The notes below the pieces were generated by a model, which worked only from the letters and a program-made list of their open reading frames with translations, was not told the DNA's origin and searched no databases. From Vicinamibacterales bacterium (lineage in GTDB: Bacteria; Acidobacteriota; Vicinamibacteria; Vicinamibacterales; 2-12-FULL-66-21): a DNA stretch of 64,000 nucleotides. The position numbers and the translations under genes are program-made. Shown here piece by piece: positions 9,609 through 17,893 of this stretch (positions within the stretch are counted from its first letter, which is position 1; each line of letters starts with the position of its first letter). The stretch lies in assembly GCA_035491715.1 (NCBI GenBank), contig DATJKH010000140.1:2071-66070 (forward strand). Direction: 5' to 3'.

Positions 9609-10040
9609 TTAAAACGGAATATCGTCGTCGGTCAGTTCCGACACGGGTTCCCCCATGTGTTCTTCGGCCGGCGCGGATGCCGCGCGGGGCTGTTGACGGG
9701 CGCCTCCTCCGCCGCCGCCAAGAAGTACGACGCGATCACCACGGATTTCCGTGGTGTAGCGCTTTGAGCCGTCCTTGTCGGTCCACTCTCGCGTCTGAAG
9801 TTTCCCCTCGACGTAGATCTGCTTTCCCTTCATCAGGTATTCGTTCAGGCTCTCGGCCGTCTTGCCCCAGAGGACGACGCGGTGCCACTCGGTTTTTTCC
9901 TGGCGCTGTCCGGCCTTGTCGTTCCACATCTCTGTTGTCGCCAGACTCAGCGTCGCGACCGGTGCGCCGCCAGGCGTGTAGCGAAGCTCGGCGTCGCGTC
10001 CGAGATTTCCAACAAGGATCACTTTATTCACGCTGCCCAT
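9609..10040 (-). CDS. ssb: Single-stranded DNA-binding protein
   Basis: 143 aa. [18 protein letters not shown], Gly-rich tail, acidic tip DDDIPF. Confidence 0.95.
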   Translation of the reverse strand: MGSVNKVILVGNLGRDAELRYTPGGAPVATLSLATTEMWNDKAGQRQEKTEWHRVVLWGKTAESLNEYLMKGKQIYVEGKLQTREWTDKDGSKRYTTEIRGDRVVLLGGGGGGARQQPRAASAPAEEHMGEPVSELTDDDIPF

Positions 10041-10048
10041 CGAAGCCT

Positions 10049-10083
10049 CAATTCACCATCACCAATTCACCAACTCACCAGTT
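10049..10083 (-). repeat. One-armed short-period tandem array (CACCAA/TCACCA units) ending 8 nt before the ssb ATG
   Basis: Sequence caattcaccatcaccaattcaccaactcaccagtt. Its last 17 nt recur exactly at 59176..59192. Confidence 0.65.
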
Positions 10084-10105
10084 AACAAGAGTCGCGCCAT
10101 TGTGT

Positions 10106-10126
10106 GACGCGAGTGTTTGTCGCGTC
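10106..10126 (-). terminator. Hairpin GACGCGA-7nt-TCGCGTC downstream of the cupin gene
   Basis: 7-bp inverted repeat read directly. No clear U-tract. Confidence 0.3.
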
Positions 10127-10191
10127 AATCTGGATGTTCATCATGCCAGCTGCGCGGTTTCTGCAACCTCGATTAGTGCCGGATGTTGTGA

Positions 10192-10587
10192 TTACGTCGT
10201 ACGACCATAACGGTCTTCGAGCCGGACGACGTCGTGAAGTTCAGGTGTCGAGACTTCGAAGACGTCGCAATCCGTAATCGCGGTCATGCGGTGGACGGTC
10301 TTCGGTGTCACGTGAATCGCGTCTCCAGGCTGCATCTCGCGCTTGACGAGTTCGTCTCCTTCTTTGATCTCAAAGAGCATTCGGCCGGAGGCCAGATAGA
10401 TCGTTTCGTCTTTCTGATTGTGGTACTGGAGGCTGAGCGCGTGCCCGGCGTTGATGTGAATCACCTTGCCGACGTAGCGCTCGGTCTTCGCCCAGTGCAG
10501 TTCGTAGCCCCAGGGTTTATCGACTTTCGTTACTGGATCAGGCACGTCTTCTCCTTGATGGCGGGGTCTCAAGACCCCGCCTTGCAC
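10192..10587 (-). CDS. Cupin-domain protein (mannose-6-phosphate isomerase type II C-terminal-like)
   Basis: 131 aa. KPWGYELHWA...LSLQYHNQKDETIYL...GDAIHVTPKTVHR is a cupin pattern. Confidence 0.75.
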   Translation of the reverse strand: MQGGVLRPRHQGEDVPDPVTKVDKPWGYELHWAKTERYVGKVIHINAGHALSLQYHNQKDETIYLASGRMLFEIKEGDELVKREMQPGDAIHVTPKTVHRMTAITDCDVFEVSTPELHDVVRLEDRYGRTT

Positions 10588-10599
10588 GATCGTTCGACG

Positions 10600-12345
10600 T
10601 TATAGACGGGGTCCTACCTTCATTCGCGTCGACATGAATTCAGCCAGCACCTTCTCCACCTCGGACGCCGTCCGCGCGCGCAACGCGCGCGCCGCCATCT
10701 GTGTCGCCCCGGCGGCGCTCAGTCCACGCAGCGCCTGCTTGGCCAGAGCTACCGCCGTTGGCGCCATGCTGAATTCGGTCAGGCCCAGTCCCACGAGTAG
10801 TGTCAGCACGATCGGATCGGCGGCCATCTCGCCGCAGACCGATACCGGAATACCGCGCCTGCGCGCCGCGCGCGCGACCAGCCGAAGCATCCTCACCATG
10901 GCGGGATGAAGCGGTTCGTACAAATTCGACACCCGTTCGTCGGTGCGGTCGACCGCCAGACAGTACTGAATGAGATCGTTTGTGCCGATGCTGAAGAAGT
11001 CGGCGTGCTCGGCCAGCAAATCGGCGGTGAGTGCCGCCGACGGGACCTCGATCATCACGCCAATGGGCACCGGGGGTATGCCGATGCCGCGGCCACGAAG
11101 CGTCTCAGCGGCGCGGACCACGGCGGCGCGCGCCTCACGCAGTTCATCGACTCCTGACACAAACGGGAACATGATCCGCAGTGGCCCGTGCGCCGCCGCG
11201 CGGAGTAACGCCCGAAGCTGCGCCTGAAATACGTCGTCCATCGCCAGGCTCAGGCGAACTCCGCGCAGGCCGAGCGGTGCGCGCGCGCCGGCAGCGTCTG
11301 GTTCGTCGACCGGCAACTGACCCTCGCTGATATCGAATGTCCGGATGGTGACTCGACCGGGCGCCATGCTCTCGACGAGACGCGTGTACGCGGCGAACTG
11401 TGTCTCTTCCGTCAGCGCCGCGTGTCCGCCCCATGCAAGCAGAAACTCCGATCGGAAAAGGCCGATGCCCTCAGCACCCGCCTCACGTGCTCGCATGGCA
11501 TCGTCGGGGGACTCGACGTTCGCTTCCAGGCGGATCTGAACGCCATCTTCGGTGACCGGCGGCAGCCGGCGGTATTCGTCGAGCGACTGTTCGAATTTTT
11601 CGCGTCGCTGCTGCCGTGTCCGAACGTGCTCGAGCGTCGCCGGGTCCGGATCGACGAACACTTCGCCGCTCGCGCCGTCGACCGCGATCAACGCGCCTGG
11701 AGCGATCACGGTGCTTGCGTTGCGGAGCCCCGCCACTGCAGGCACCTGGATCGACCTGGCAAGAATCGCCGTGTGATACGTCCAGCTGCCGCCATCGGTC
11801 AGAAACGCCGAGAAACGCTGCCAATCGAGCTGCGCGATCACAGAGGGCGTCAACTCATCGGCGACCAGCACCAGCGGCCCGTCAAGATCCTTGAACAGCT
11901 CGAGCGGATCTCCTCCGGTGCGAAGGTTCATGCAGAGGCGGCCGACGACGTCCCCGACGTCTCCCTGCCGTTCTTTGAGATACGCGTCTTCGCCCTGATC
12001 GAATAGCGCCGAGATCTCGGAAAACGCCCGTTCGAGCGCCGATCCGGCGTTCAGCTGTTCGGTGCGGATGATCTCCGCCGCGCGATCAATCAGCATCGCA
12101 TCGTCGAGCATCAGCAACTGCGCGTCAAACAGATACGCGTGCTCGGCACCGGCCGATTCCGCAATCCGCTGCCGGATCTGTTGCAGTTGCTCGCGTGAGC
12201 GGGCGCGCGCCTCGGCCAGCGTCTCGATTTCCCGCTCGATGCGCGCCGCGGGAATCCGGAATCGGAAATCGCGCGCACCGCGGCGGAGCACGAGCGCTTT
12301 GCCGATGCCGATGCCGGGCGATACGCCGAGGCCGGTCAGACGCAT
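10600..12345 (-). CDS. ptsI: Phosphoenolpyruvate-protein phosphotransferase (PTS Enzyme I)
   Basis: 581 aa. GGSWTYHTAILARSIQVPAV (active-site His region) and FFSIGTNDLIQY near the C-terminus. Confidence 0.92.
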   Translation of the reverse strand: MRLTGLGVSPGIGIGKALVLRRGARDFRFRIPAARIEREIETLAEARARSREQLQQIRQRIAESAGAEHAYLFDAQLLMLDDAMLIDRAAEIIRTEQLNAGSALERAFSEISALFDQGEDAYLKERQGDVGDVVGRLCMNLRTGGDPLELFKDLDGPLVLVADELTPSVIAQLDWQRFSAFLTDGGSWTYHTAILARSIQVPAVAGLRNASTVIAPGALIAVDGASGEVFVDPDPATLEHVRTRQQRREKFEQSLDEYRRLPPVTEDGVQIRLEANVESPDDAMRAREAGAEGIGLFRSEFLLAWGGHAALTEETQFAAYTRLVESMAPGRVTIRTFDISEGQLPVDEPDAAGARAPLGLRGVRLSLAMDDVFQAQLRALLRAAAHGPLRIMFPFVSGVDELREARAAVVRAAETLRGRGIGIPPVPIGVMIEVPSAALTADLLAEHADFFSIGTNDLIQYCLAVDRTDERVSNLYEPLHPAMVRMLRLVARAARRRGIPVSVCGEMAADPIVLTLLVGLGLTEFSMAPTAVALAKQALRGLSAAGATQMAARALRARTASEVEKVLAEFMSTRMKVGPRL

Positions 12346-12611
12346 GGCGCTTCGTCCAGGCCGCGCTCGATCAACGCACAGAGCGCCGCCACGGCCGCCT
12401 CCTCGTCAGGTCCATCCGCCGATATCGTGATTTCGCTGCCCTTGGCGGCAGCAAGCAGGAGCAGTCCCATGATGCTTTTCCCGTCAACTTCGCGGCCGCC
12501 GCGGCCGACCTTGATGCGGCACGAGAAACCGCTGGCGGCGTGAACGAACCGTGCGGCGGCGCGGGCATGCAGCCCAAGCGGATTGAGTATGGTGACGAGA
12601 CACCGTGTCAC
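12336..12611 (-). CDS. ptsH: Phosphocarrier protein HPr
   Basis: 91 aa. His15 in NPLGLHARAA and Ser46 in GKSIMGLL are both present. Confidence 0.9.
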   Translation of the reverse strand: MTRCLVTILNPLGLHARAAARFVHAASGFSCRIKVGRGGREVDGKSIMGLLLLAAAKGSEITISADGPDEEAAVAALCALIERGLDEAPCV

Positions 12612-13039
12612 GCCTTTTCGCCCTTCAGCAAGTCCGAAGCGACCCAGATGGCGTTCCGGCCATGCTCGCGCATGTCGCGCGCGAGTGACGCGAGGTCGGC
12701 GAACTTCTGTGGCCGCGCAAGCTTAATCAACATCGCCAGATTCACGCCGGTAATGACTTCGACGTGCTCGCTGACGAACGTGACCGCCAGGTTCGCAGGC
12801 GTCCCGCCGAACATGTCAGTCAGCACCAGCACTTTCGCCGGCTCCTCGTCGCTGCCGCCCGCCGAAGCGCTGACGCGAGCGATCGCCGCCCCGATTCCCT
12901 CGCGCGCATGATCGACATCCTCATGCCATCCGATGGAGACCGCTGCGAAATGCGGCAGGTCGCCGACGATCATCTCGGCAGAGTTGACCAGTTCGGTCGC
13001 CAGTTGGCCGTGGGTGACGACAACGATACCGAGTTTCAT
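12608..13039 (-). CDS. PTS EIIA component, mannose/fructose/sorbose family
   Basis: 143 aa. MKLGIVVVTHGQLA carries the phosphorylatable His10 context; DMFGGTP motif present. Confidence 0.85.
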   Translation of the reverse strand: MKLGIVVVTHGQLATELVNSAEMIVGDLPHFAAVSIGWHEDVDHAREGIGAAIARVSASAGGSDEEPAKVLVLTDMFGGTPANLAVTFVSEHVEVITGVNLAMLIKLARPQKFADLASLARDMREHGRNAIWVASDLLKGEKA

Positions 13040-13087
13040 GTTCTGATCCGGGGGGCTGCGCCCGTGGCGCGCCTTGACGGACGACGT

Positions 13088-14002
13088 CTATTCATTCGCA
13101 ATGTCTCTATGCTTGACACGCAATCTGACCCCCGGAATTCCCGACAGTCCCTTCCGTAGCGCCTCCGCAATCGCGACCGACCGATGCCGCCCGCCAGTGC
13201 ATCCGATTCCGATCGTCAAATACGTTTTTCCTTCATGAGCGTACTGCGGAATCAGGAACTTCAGCAGGTTGAGTGTGTGGTCCAGGAAGTCGTGAGTGGC
13301 GCTGGATCGATCGAGATACCGAGCGACTTCCGCGTCTCGTCCCGTGTACGGCCGTAGCGCAGGTACGAAATGCGGATTGGGGAGAAACCGCACGTCAAAC
13401 AACAGATCCGAGTCGACCGGAATGCCGTGCTTGAACCCGAAGCTCAGAATCGTGACGACGAGTTGCGATCCAGGGGTGCTGCCCGACGCGACCCCGGTGA
13501 AGACGTGTCGCAATTCATGGACGGTCATCTCCGTCGTGTCGATGACGTGATCGGCCAGCTTCCGGATGGCGCGCATCGCGTCCCGCTCTTCCCTGATTCC
13601 TTCGATCGCCGATCGATCGGGTGCGAGCGGATGGGGCCGGCGGGTCTCGCTGAATCGCCGCACCAACGCAGGCTCGGCCGCCTCAAGGAATATCAGGACC
13701 GGATTCAAATTCTTCCGCGCCTTCAAGCGACGGTAGACGCCCGGAAACTCCTTGAGCATCTTCCCTTCGCGCACGTCGACGACGACGGCGGCGCGGGAAA
13801 TCTCGGTACCGGCCCTGAGCGTCAGTTCCGCGAGCATCGGCAGGAGCGTCACCGGCAGGTTATCGACGCAGAAGTACCCAAGATCCTCGAGAGCACGGAT
13901 CGCCTGGGATTTTCCCGATCCGGAAAGGCCGGTGAGCACGACGAAGCGGGAGGTCACCGCCGTGCGAGCGGCCCGTCGGGCAGCGTGGCGCTTCTCTCGC
14001 AT
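13088..14002 (-). CDS. rapZ: RNase adapter / nucleotide-binding protein RapZ (YvcJ family)
   Basis: 304 aa. Walker A GLSGSGKS, C-terminal GCTGGRHRSV motif. Confidence 0.9.
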   Translation of the reverse strand: MREKRHAARRAARTAVTSRFVVLTGLSGSGKSQAIRALEDLGYFCVDNLPVTLLPMLAELTLRAGTEISRAAVVVDVREGKMLKEFPGVYRRLKARKNLNPVLIFLEAAEPALVRRFSETRRPHPLAPDRSAIEGIREERDAMRAIRKLADHVIDTTEMTVHELRHVFTGVASGSTPGSQLVVTILSFGFKHGIPVDSDLLFDVRFLPNPHFVPALRPYTGRDAEVARYLDRSSATHDFLDHTLNLLKFLIPQYAHEGKTYLTIGIGCTGGRHRSVAIAEALRKGLSGIPGVRLRVKHRDIANE

Positions 14003-14988
14003 CAGTGATCCTCTCCCAAATCAACATCCTGGCCGCGGCCGGCGAGCCGGTCGTTCAGGCGAGTCACAAGTTTGCGGGCTGCATGGTGGCCGCGGACTCG
14101 CAACAGCTGGTTACGCGCCGCGACTTCGACGAGAATCGCCACGTTACGGCCCGGAGCGACCGGCATCCGAATCATCGGCGTGCGCACGCCGAGTGTTTCA
14201 TAGAACTCGTCGTCGACGCCGAGCCGATCGTATTCCCGGCCGTGCTCCCAGCGTTCGAGTTGCACCACCAGTTCGACGCGCTTCGACGATCGTGTCGAGG
14301 CGACGCCAAAAAGATCCTGCACGTTAATCAACCCGAGGCCGCGAATCTCCATGTGGTTCCGCGTCAACTCCGGACATGTTCCGATGAGGAACGACTGTGC
14401 CCGGCATCTGAGTTCGACGACGTCGTCGGCGACAAGGCGGTGGCCACGAACGACCAGATCCAGCGCACATTCACTTTTGCCGATGCCGCTCTCTCCGATC
14501 ACGAGCACGCCAAGGCCGAGGATGTCCATCAGCACGCCGTGGACCACACCGCGCGCGGCGAGATGGGCATCGAGGATCGACGAGAGTTTCGAGATCGCTT
14601 CAGGCGTCGGCGTTCGCGACCGCAGCAACGGCACGCTGGCGCGGTCGGCTTCGGTGATGGTTTCCGGCGGCGGCGAGGCGCCTCCGGTCACCAGCAGGCA
14701 CGGAAGCTCGTGGCTGAACACCCGCCGTAGCGCGACGGCGCGGTCCTCGGCGGTCAGCGTTTCGAGATATCGCACTTCGCTCGTGCCGAACACGAGCACA
14801 CGGCCGGGACGGAGGTAGGCATCGAACCCCGAGAGCGCGAGGCCGGTCTTCTGGGTGTGCGGAATGGTGATCTGGCGTTCGAGGCCCGACTGCCCGGCAA
14901 GCAGTTCGAGATCGAAAGCGCCGGAATCCGAGACGTCTCGAAGGATGGTTGCGACGGTGACGCCCCGCGGCTGGGCGGTTTCGGTCAT
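14002..14988 (-). CDS. hprK: HPr kinase/phosphorylase
   Basis: 328 aa. P-loop GESGIGKSECALDLV, followed by the LVADD and EIRGLG signature. Confidence 0.9.
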   Translation of the reverse strand: MTETAQPRGVTVATILRDVSDSGAFDLELLAGQSGLERQITIPHTQKTGLALSGFDAYLRPGRVLVFGTSEVRYLETLTAEDRAVALRRVFSHELPCLLVTGGASPPPETITEADRASVPLLRSRTPTPEAISKLSSILDAHLAARGVVHGVLMDILGLGVLVIGESGIGKSECALDLVVRGHRLVADDVVELRCRAQSFLIGTCPELTRNHMEIRGLGLINVQDLFGVASTRSSKRVELVVQLERWEHGREYDRLGVDDEFYETLGVRTPMIRMPVAPGRNVAILVEVAARNQLLRVRGHHAARKLVTRLNDRLAGRGQDVDLGEDH

Positions 14989-15056
14989 CGCGCCAATGCT
15001 ACGTGAATCTGCACGAAATCGTCATCACTCCGAGGGCCTTCGCCCGTCGGACTCCC

Positions 15057-15581
15057 TTACTCCGGCTCGATCAATCCGAGATTTCCGTCCTTTCGTCGGT
15101 ACAAAATGCTGACCGTATCGGTCTCAGCATTGCGGAACACGACGAAGTTCTCTCCCTCGCCATCAACGCGCAGGGCCGCGTCTTCGAGTGACATCGGTTT
15201 CACGGCGTACCGCGTGTTTTTGACAATCCGCGGGGCCGGCGGCGTGTCGCCCGGTGCGGCGCGAACGACGCGGGGAGCAGTCGTCCGTTTCCGGCCATCC
15301 CACTTGCCCTTCAACGTCTGCGCCTGCTGCTCGATCTTCTCCGTCGCCTGGCGGATCGAGATCGGCCACGCATTGCCTTCGCCGTTCCCGCGGAGCACGT
15401 GGTCCCCCTTCGTGTGGACGGCAATCTCCGTACGCAGACGGTACTTCTCTTTCGTCAGCGTGATGATTGCGGAGACAGCCGCGTCGTTCAGGAGACGCTC
15501 GAGACGGGAGAAACGTTTGGTAATCAGCTGCCGCACAGGAGCGGTGATCTCCACGTGCCGGCCGGTTATATCGAGTCGCAT
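15057..15581 (-). CDS. hpf: Ribosome hibernation promoting factor (long HPF)
   Basis: 174 aa. MRLDITGRHVEIT start typical of sigma-54 modulation/HPF proteins, plus a C-terminal dimerisation domain. Confidence 0.9.
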   Translation of the reverse strand: MRLDITGRHVEITAPVRQLITKRFSRLERLLNDAAVSAIITLTKEKYRLRTEIAVHTKGDHVLRGNGEGNAWPISIRQATEKIEQQAQTLKGKWDGRKRTTAPRVVRAAPGDTPPAPRIVKNTRYAVKPMSLEDAALRVDGEGENFVVFRNAETDTVSILYRRKDGNLGLIEPE

Positions 15582-15587
15582 AAAGAA

Positions 15588-15680
15588 AGCTTCCAGCTCC
15601 CAGCTGTCAGCTTCCAGCTCACATTACTCGCAGCGTCCGCGTTCAGCAGCTGGTAGCCGGAAGCGGGAAGCTGGAACCTG
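15588..15680 (-). repeat. Heptad-periodic palindromic element (TNCCAGC units) between rpoN and hpf
   Basis: Plus-strand arm agcTTCCAGC TCCCAGC TGTCAGC TTCCAGC TCAC, ~21-nt loop, then the inverse arm CAGCAGCTGGTAGCCGGAAGCGGGAAGCTGGAACCTG. Confidence 0.8.
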
Positions 15681-15691
15681 ACACGTGAAGC

Positions 15692-17131
15692 TCAAAAGAG
15701 CACTTTTCTCTGGTTCGATGTTGGAATCTTCAGCTCCTCGCGATACTTCGCGATGGTGCGGCGGGCGAGCATCAGCCCTTCTTTCTGGAGGATGCTCACG
15801 ATTTTCGAGTCGCTCAACGGCTTTCGCGGATCCTCGTTCTCGATGATCTTGCGGATGCGCTGTTTGATGGTGACCGATGAGACGCTCTCGCCGAACGAGC
15901 TGCTGATCCCGCTGTGGAAAAAGTATTTCAGCTCGAAGACGCCCTGCGGCGTATGCATGTATTTGTTGTTGACGACGCGGCTGACGGTGGACTCGTGCAT
16001 ACCGATGTCGTTGGCGACATCACGAAGCACGAGCGGCCGCAGATACTCGATCCCGTGATCGAGAAACTCGCGTTGAAAATTGATGATGCTGGTCGCCACC
16101 TTGTGAATCGTCTTCTGCCGCTGATCGACCGACTTGATCAGCCAGAGCGCCGATCGGAATTTGTCCTTCACATAGGCGCGCGTCTCGTCGTTCTGCTCTC
16201 CGCCGCCGGCGCCGGTCTTGTCGAGCAGCCGTCGGTACACAGGACTGATCCGCAGTTGCGGCAGTCCTTCTTCGTTCAACGCGGCGACGTACTGATCCTC
16301 GACCTTGACCACGTACACGTCGGGGATCACGTATTGTGATTGCGACGGGTTGTAGCGGCTCCCCGGCTTCGGATCCAGGTTGCGAATAATCTCGACGTGT
16401 TCCTTCAAGTCGTCGAGCGAGATGCCCAGCTTCCTCGCGATTTCAGGAACCTGATGGTTCTGGAGCAGTCGCAGGTGTTCAGTGACGATCTTCTCGGTCG
16501 GGGTGCCTTCGAGACCGAGATGACGAATCTGGAGCCAGAGACATTCCTGCAGATCACGCGCCGCGACACCGATCGGATCGAACGTCTGCACGTGCTGCAG
16601 CGCCCGTTCGACATCGGCGACGGGCCACTCCCCCATGGCCGCGATTTCCTCGACCGACGCGACCAGATACCCGTCGTCGTCGAGATTGCCGATAATCGCG
16701 CCACCGATCTCCTTGAGCCGTTCGTCGTCTGTTTGTAGGGAGAGTTGCCAGAGAAGGTGGTCGGAGAGCGAAGCCGCCGTCGAGAGTGTGTTCTCGATCG
16801 GCGGCAGTTCCTTGACCTCGGACGGGGTCCGGGAGCGATACCCGTCGTCGAGATAGTCTCCGAAGAAATATTCGTAGTCGGCGTCGTCCCACGGATCGCC
16901 CTTGTCGGCGGGCTGCTGTTCCGCGGCTTTCTCCTGCTGCTGCTGTTGTTCGGCCGGCTGCAGTTCCTCGGTCGGCACCTCTTCGAGCAGGGGGTTCTCG
17001 ACCATTTCCTGGTTCAGCAACTCCGCGAGCTCGAGTGTCGACATCGGCAACAGCTTGATCGCCTGTTGCAGCGATGGAGTAAGGATGAGCTTTTGAACGA
17101 GCTTGGTATGGAGCTTCTGCTGAATCGCCAT
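15692..17131 (-). CDS. rpoN: RNA polymerase sigma-54 factor
   Basis: 479 aa. Gln/Glu-rich region I, C-terminal RpoN box ARRTIAKYRE. Confidence 0.95.
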   Translation of the reverse strand: MAIQQKLHTKLVQKLILTPSLQQAIKLLPMSTLELAELLNQEMVENPLLEEVPTEELQPAEQQQQQEKAAEQQPADKGDPWDDADYEYFFGDYLDDGYRSRTPSEVKELPPIENTLSTAASLSDHLLWQLSLQTDDERLKEIGGAIIGNLDDDGYLVASVEEIAAMGEWPVADVERALQHVQTFDPIGVAARDLQECLWLQIRHLGLEGTPTEKIVTEHLRLLQNHQVPEIARKLGISLDDLKEHVEIIRNLDPKPGSRYNPSQSQYVIPDVYVVKVEDQYVAALNEEGLPQLRISPVYRRLLDKTGAGGGEQNDETRAYVKDKFRSALWLIKSVDQRQKTIHKVATSIINFQREFLDHGIEYLRPLVLRDVANDIGMHESTVSRVVNNKYMHTPQGVFELKYFFHSGISSSFGESVSSVTIKQRIRKIIENEDPRKPLSDSKIVSILQKEGLMLARRTIAKYREELKIPTSNQRKVLF

Positions 17132-17164
17132 TAGTCGAGTGGGGCCGTGTCCGTCCCTTCCATC

Positions 17165-17890
17165 TTAGTCCAATCGGAACTCCGAGCCGAGGTAAATCCG
17201 TTTCACGTCCTCGTCGGCGGCGAGGCTGGCGGGGGTTCCACTGCGGAAAATTACCCCATCATGGACGATATAAGCACGGTCCGTTATCCTGAGCGTTTCC
17301 CGCACGTTGTGGTCGGTGATCAAGACACCGATCCCTCGCTCCTTGAGATGAAAGACGATCTTCTGGATGTCGGTCACCGCAATCGGATCGATTCCGGCGA
17401 ACGGCTCATCCAGGAGCATGATTTTCGGCGACACCACGAGTGCACGGGTGATTTCGACGCGCCGCCGTTCGCCCCCCGACAGGGTGTAGGCGGGCGCCTT
17501 CGCAAGCGGCGTCAGGCCGAGTTCGGCGAGCAGTTCGGTTCGGCGATTGCGGCGACTGGCCGAGTCAAGCGGAAGGGTTTCGAGAATGGCGGTAATGTTG
17601 TCTTCAACGCTGAGGCCGCGAAAGATCGATGCTTCCTGCGGCAGATATCCGATGCCTTTTCGGGCTCGGACGTACATCGGATCGTCGGTCACGTCCGAGC
17701 CATCAAGCAGGACCCGTCCGGAATCGGGCGCTGTCAGGCCCACCACCATTGAAAAGGTTGTCGTCTTTCCGGCACCGTTCGGACCGAGCAGACCGACAAC
17801 CTCGCCCGACGAGACATCCAGATTCACGCCCTTGACGACCGTGCGGCCGCTGTAAGACTTTGTGAGGTCGGTCGTATGTAGTGTGGCCAC
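17165..17890 (-). CDS. lptB: LPS export ABC transporter ATP-binding protein LptB
   Basis: 241 aa. [31 protein letters not shown]. Position immediately upstream of rpoN. Confidence 0.92.
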   Translation of the reverse strand: MATLHTTDLTKSYSGRTVVKGVNLDVSSGEVVGLLGPNGAGKTTTFSMVVGLTAPDSGRVLLDGSDVTDDPMYVRARKGIGYLPQEASIFRGLSVEDNITAILETLPLDSASRRNRRTELLAELGLTPLAKAPAYTLSGGERRRVEITRALVVSPKIMLLDEPFAGIDPIAVTDIQKIVFHLKERGIGVLITDHNVRETLRITDRAYIVHDGVIFRSGTPASLAADEDVKRIYLGSEFRLD

Positions 17891-17893
17891 GTC

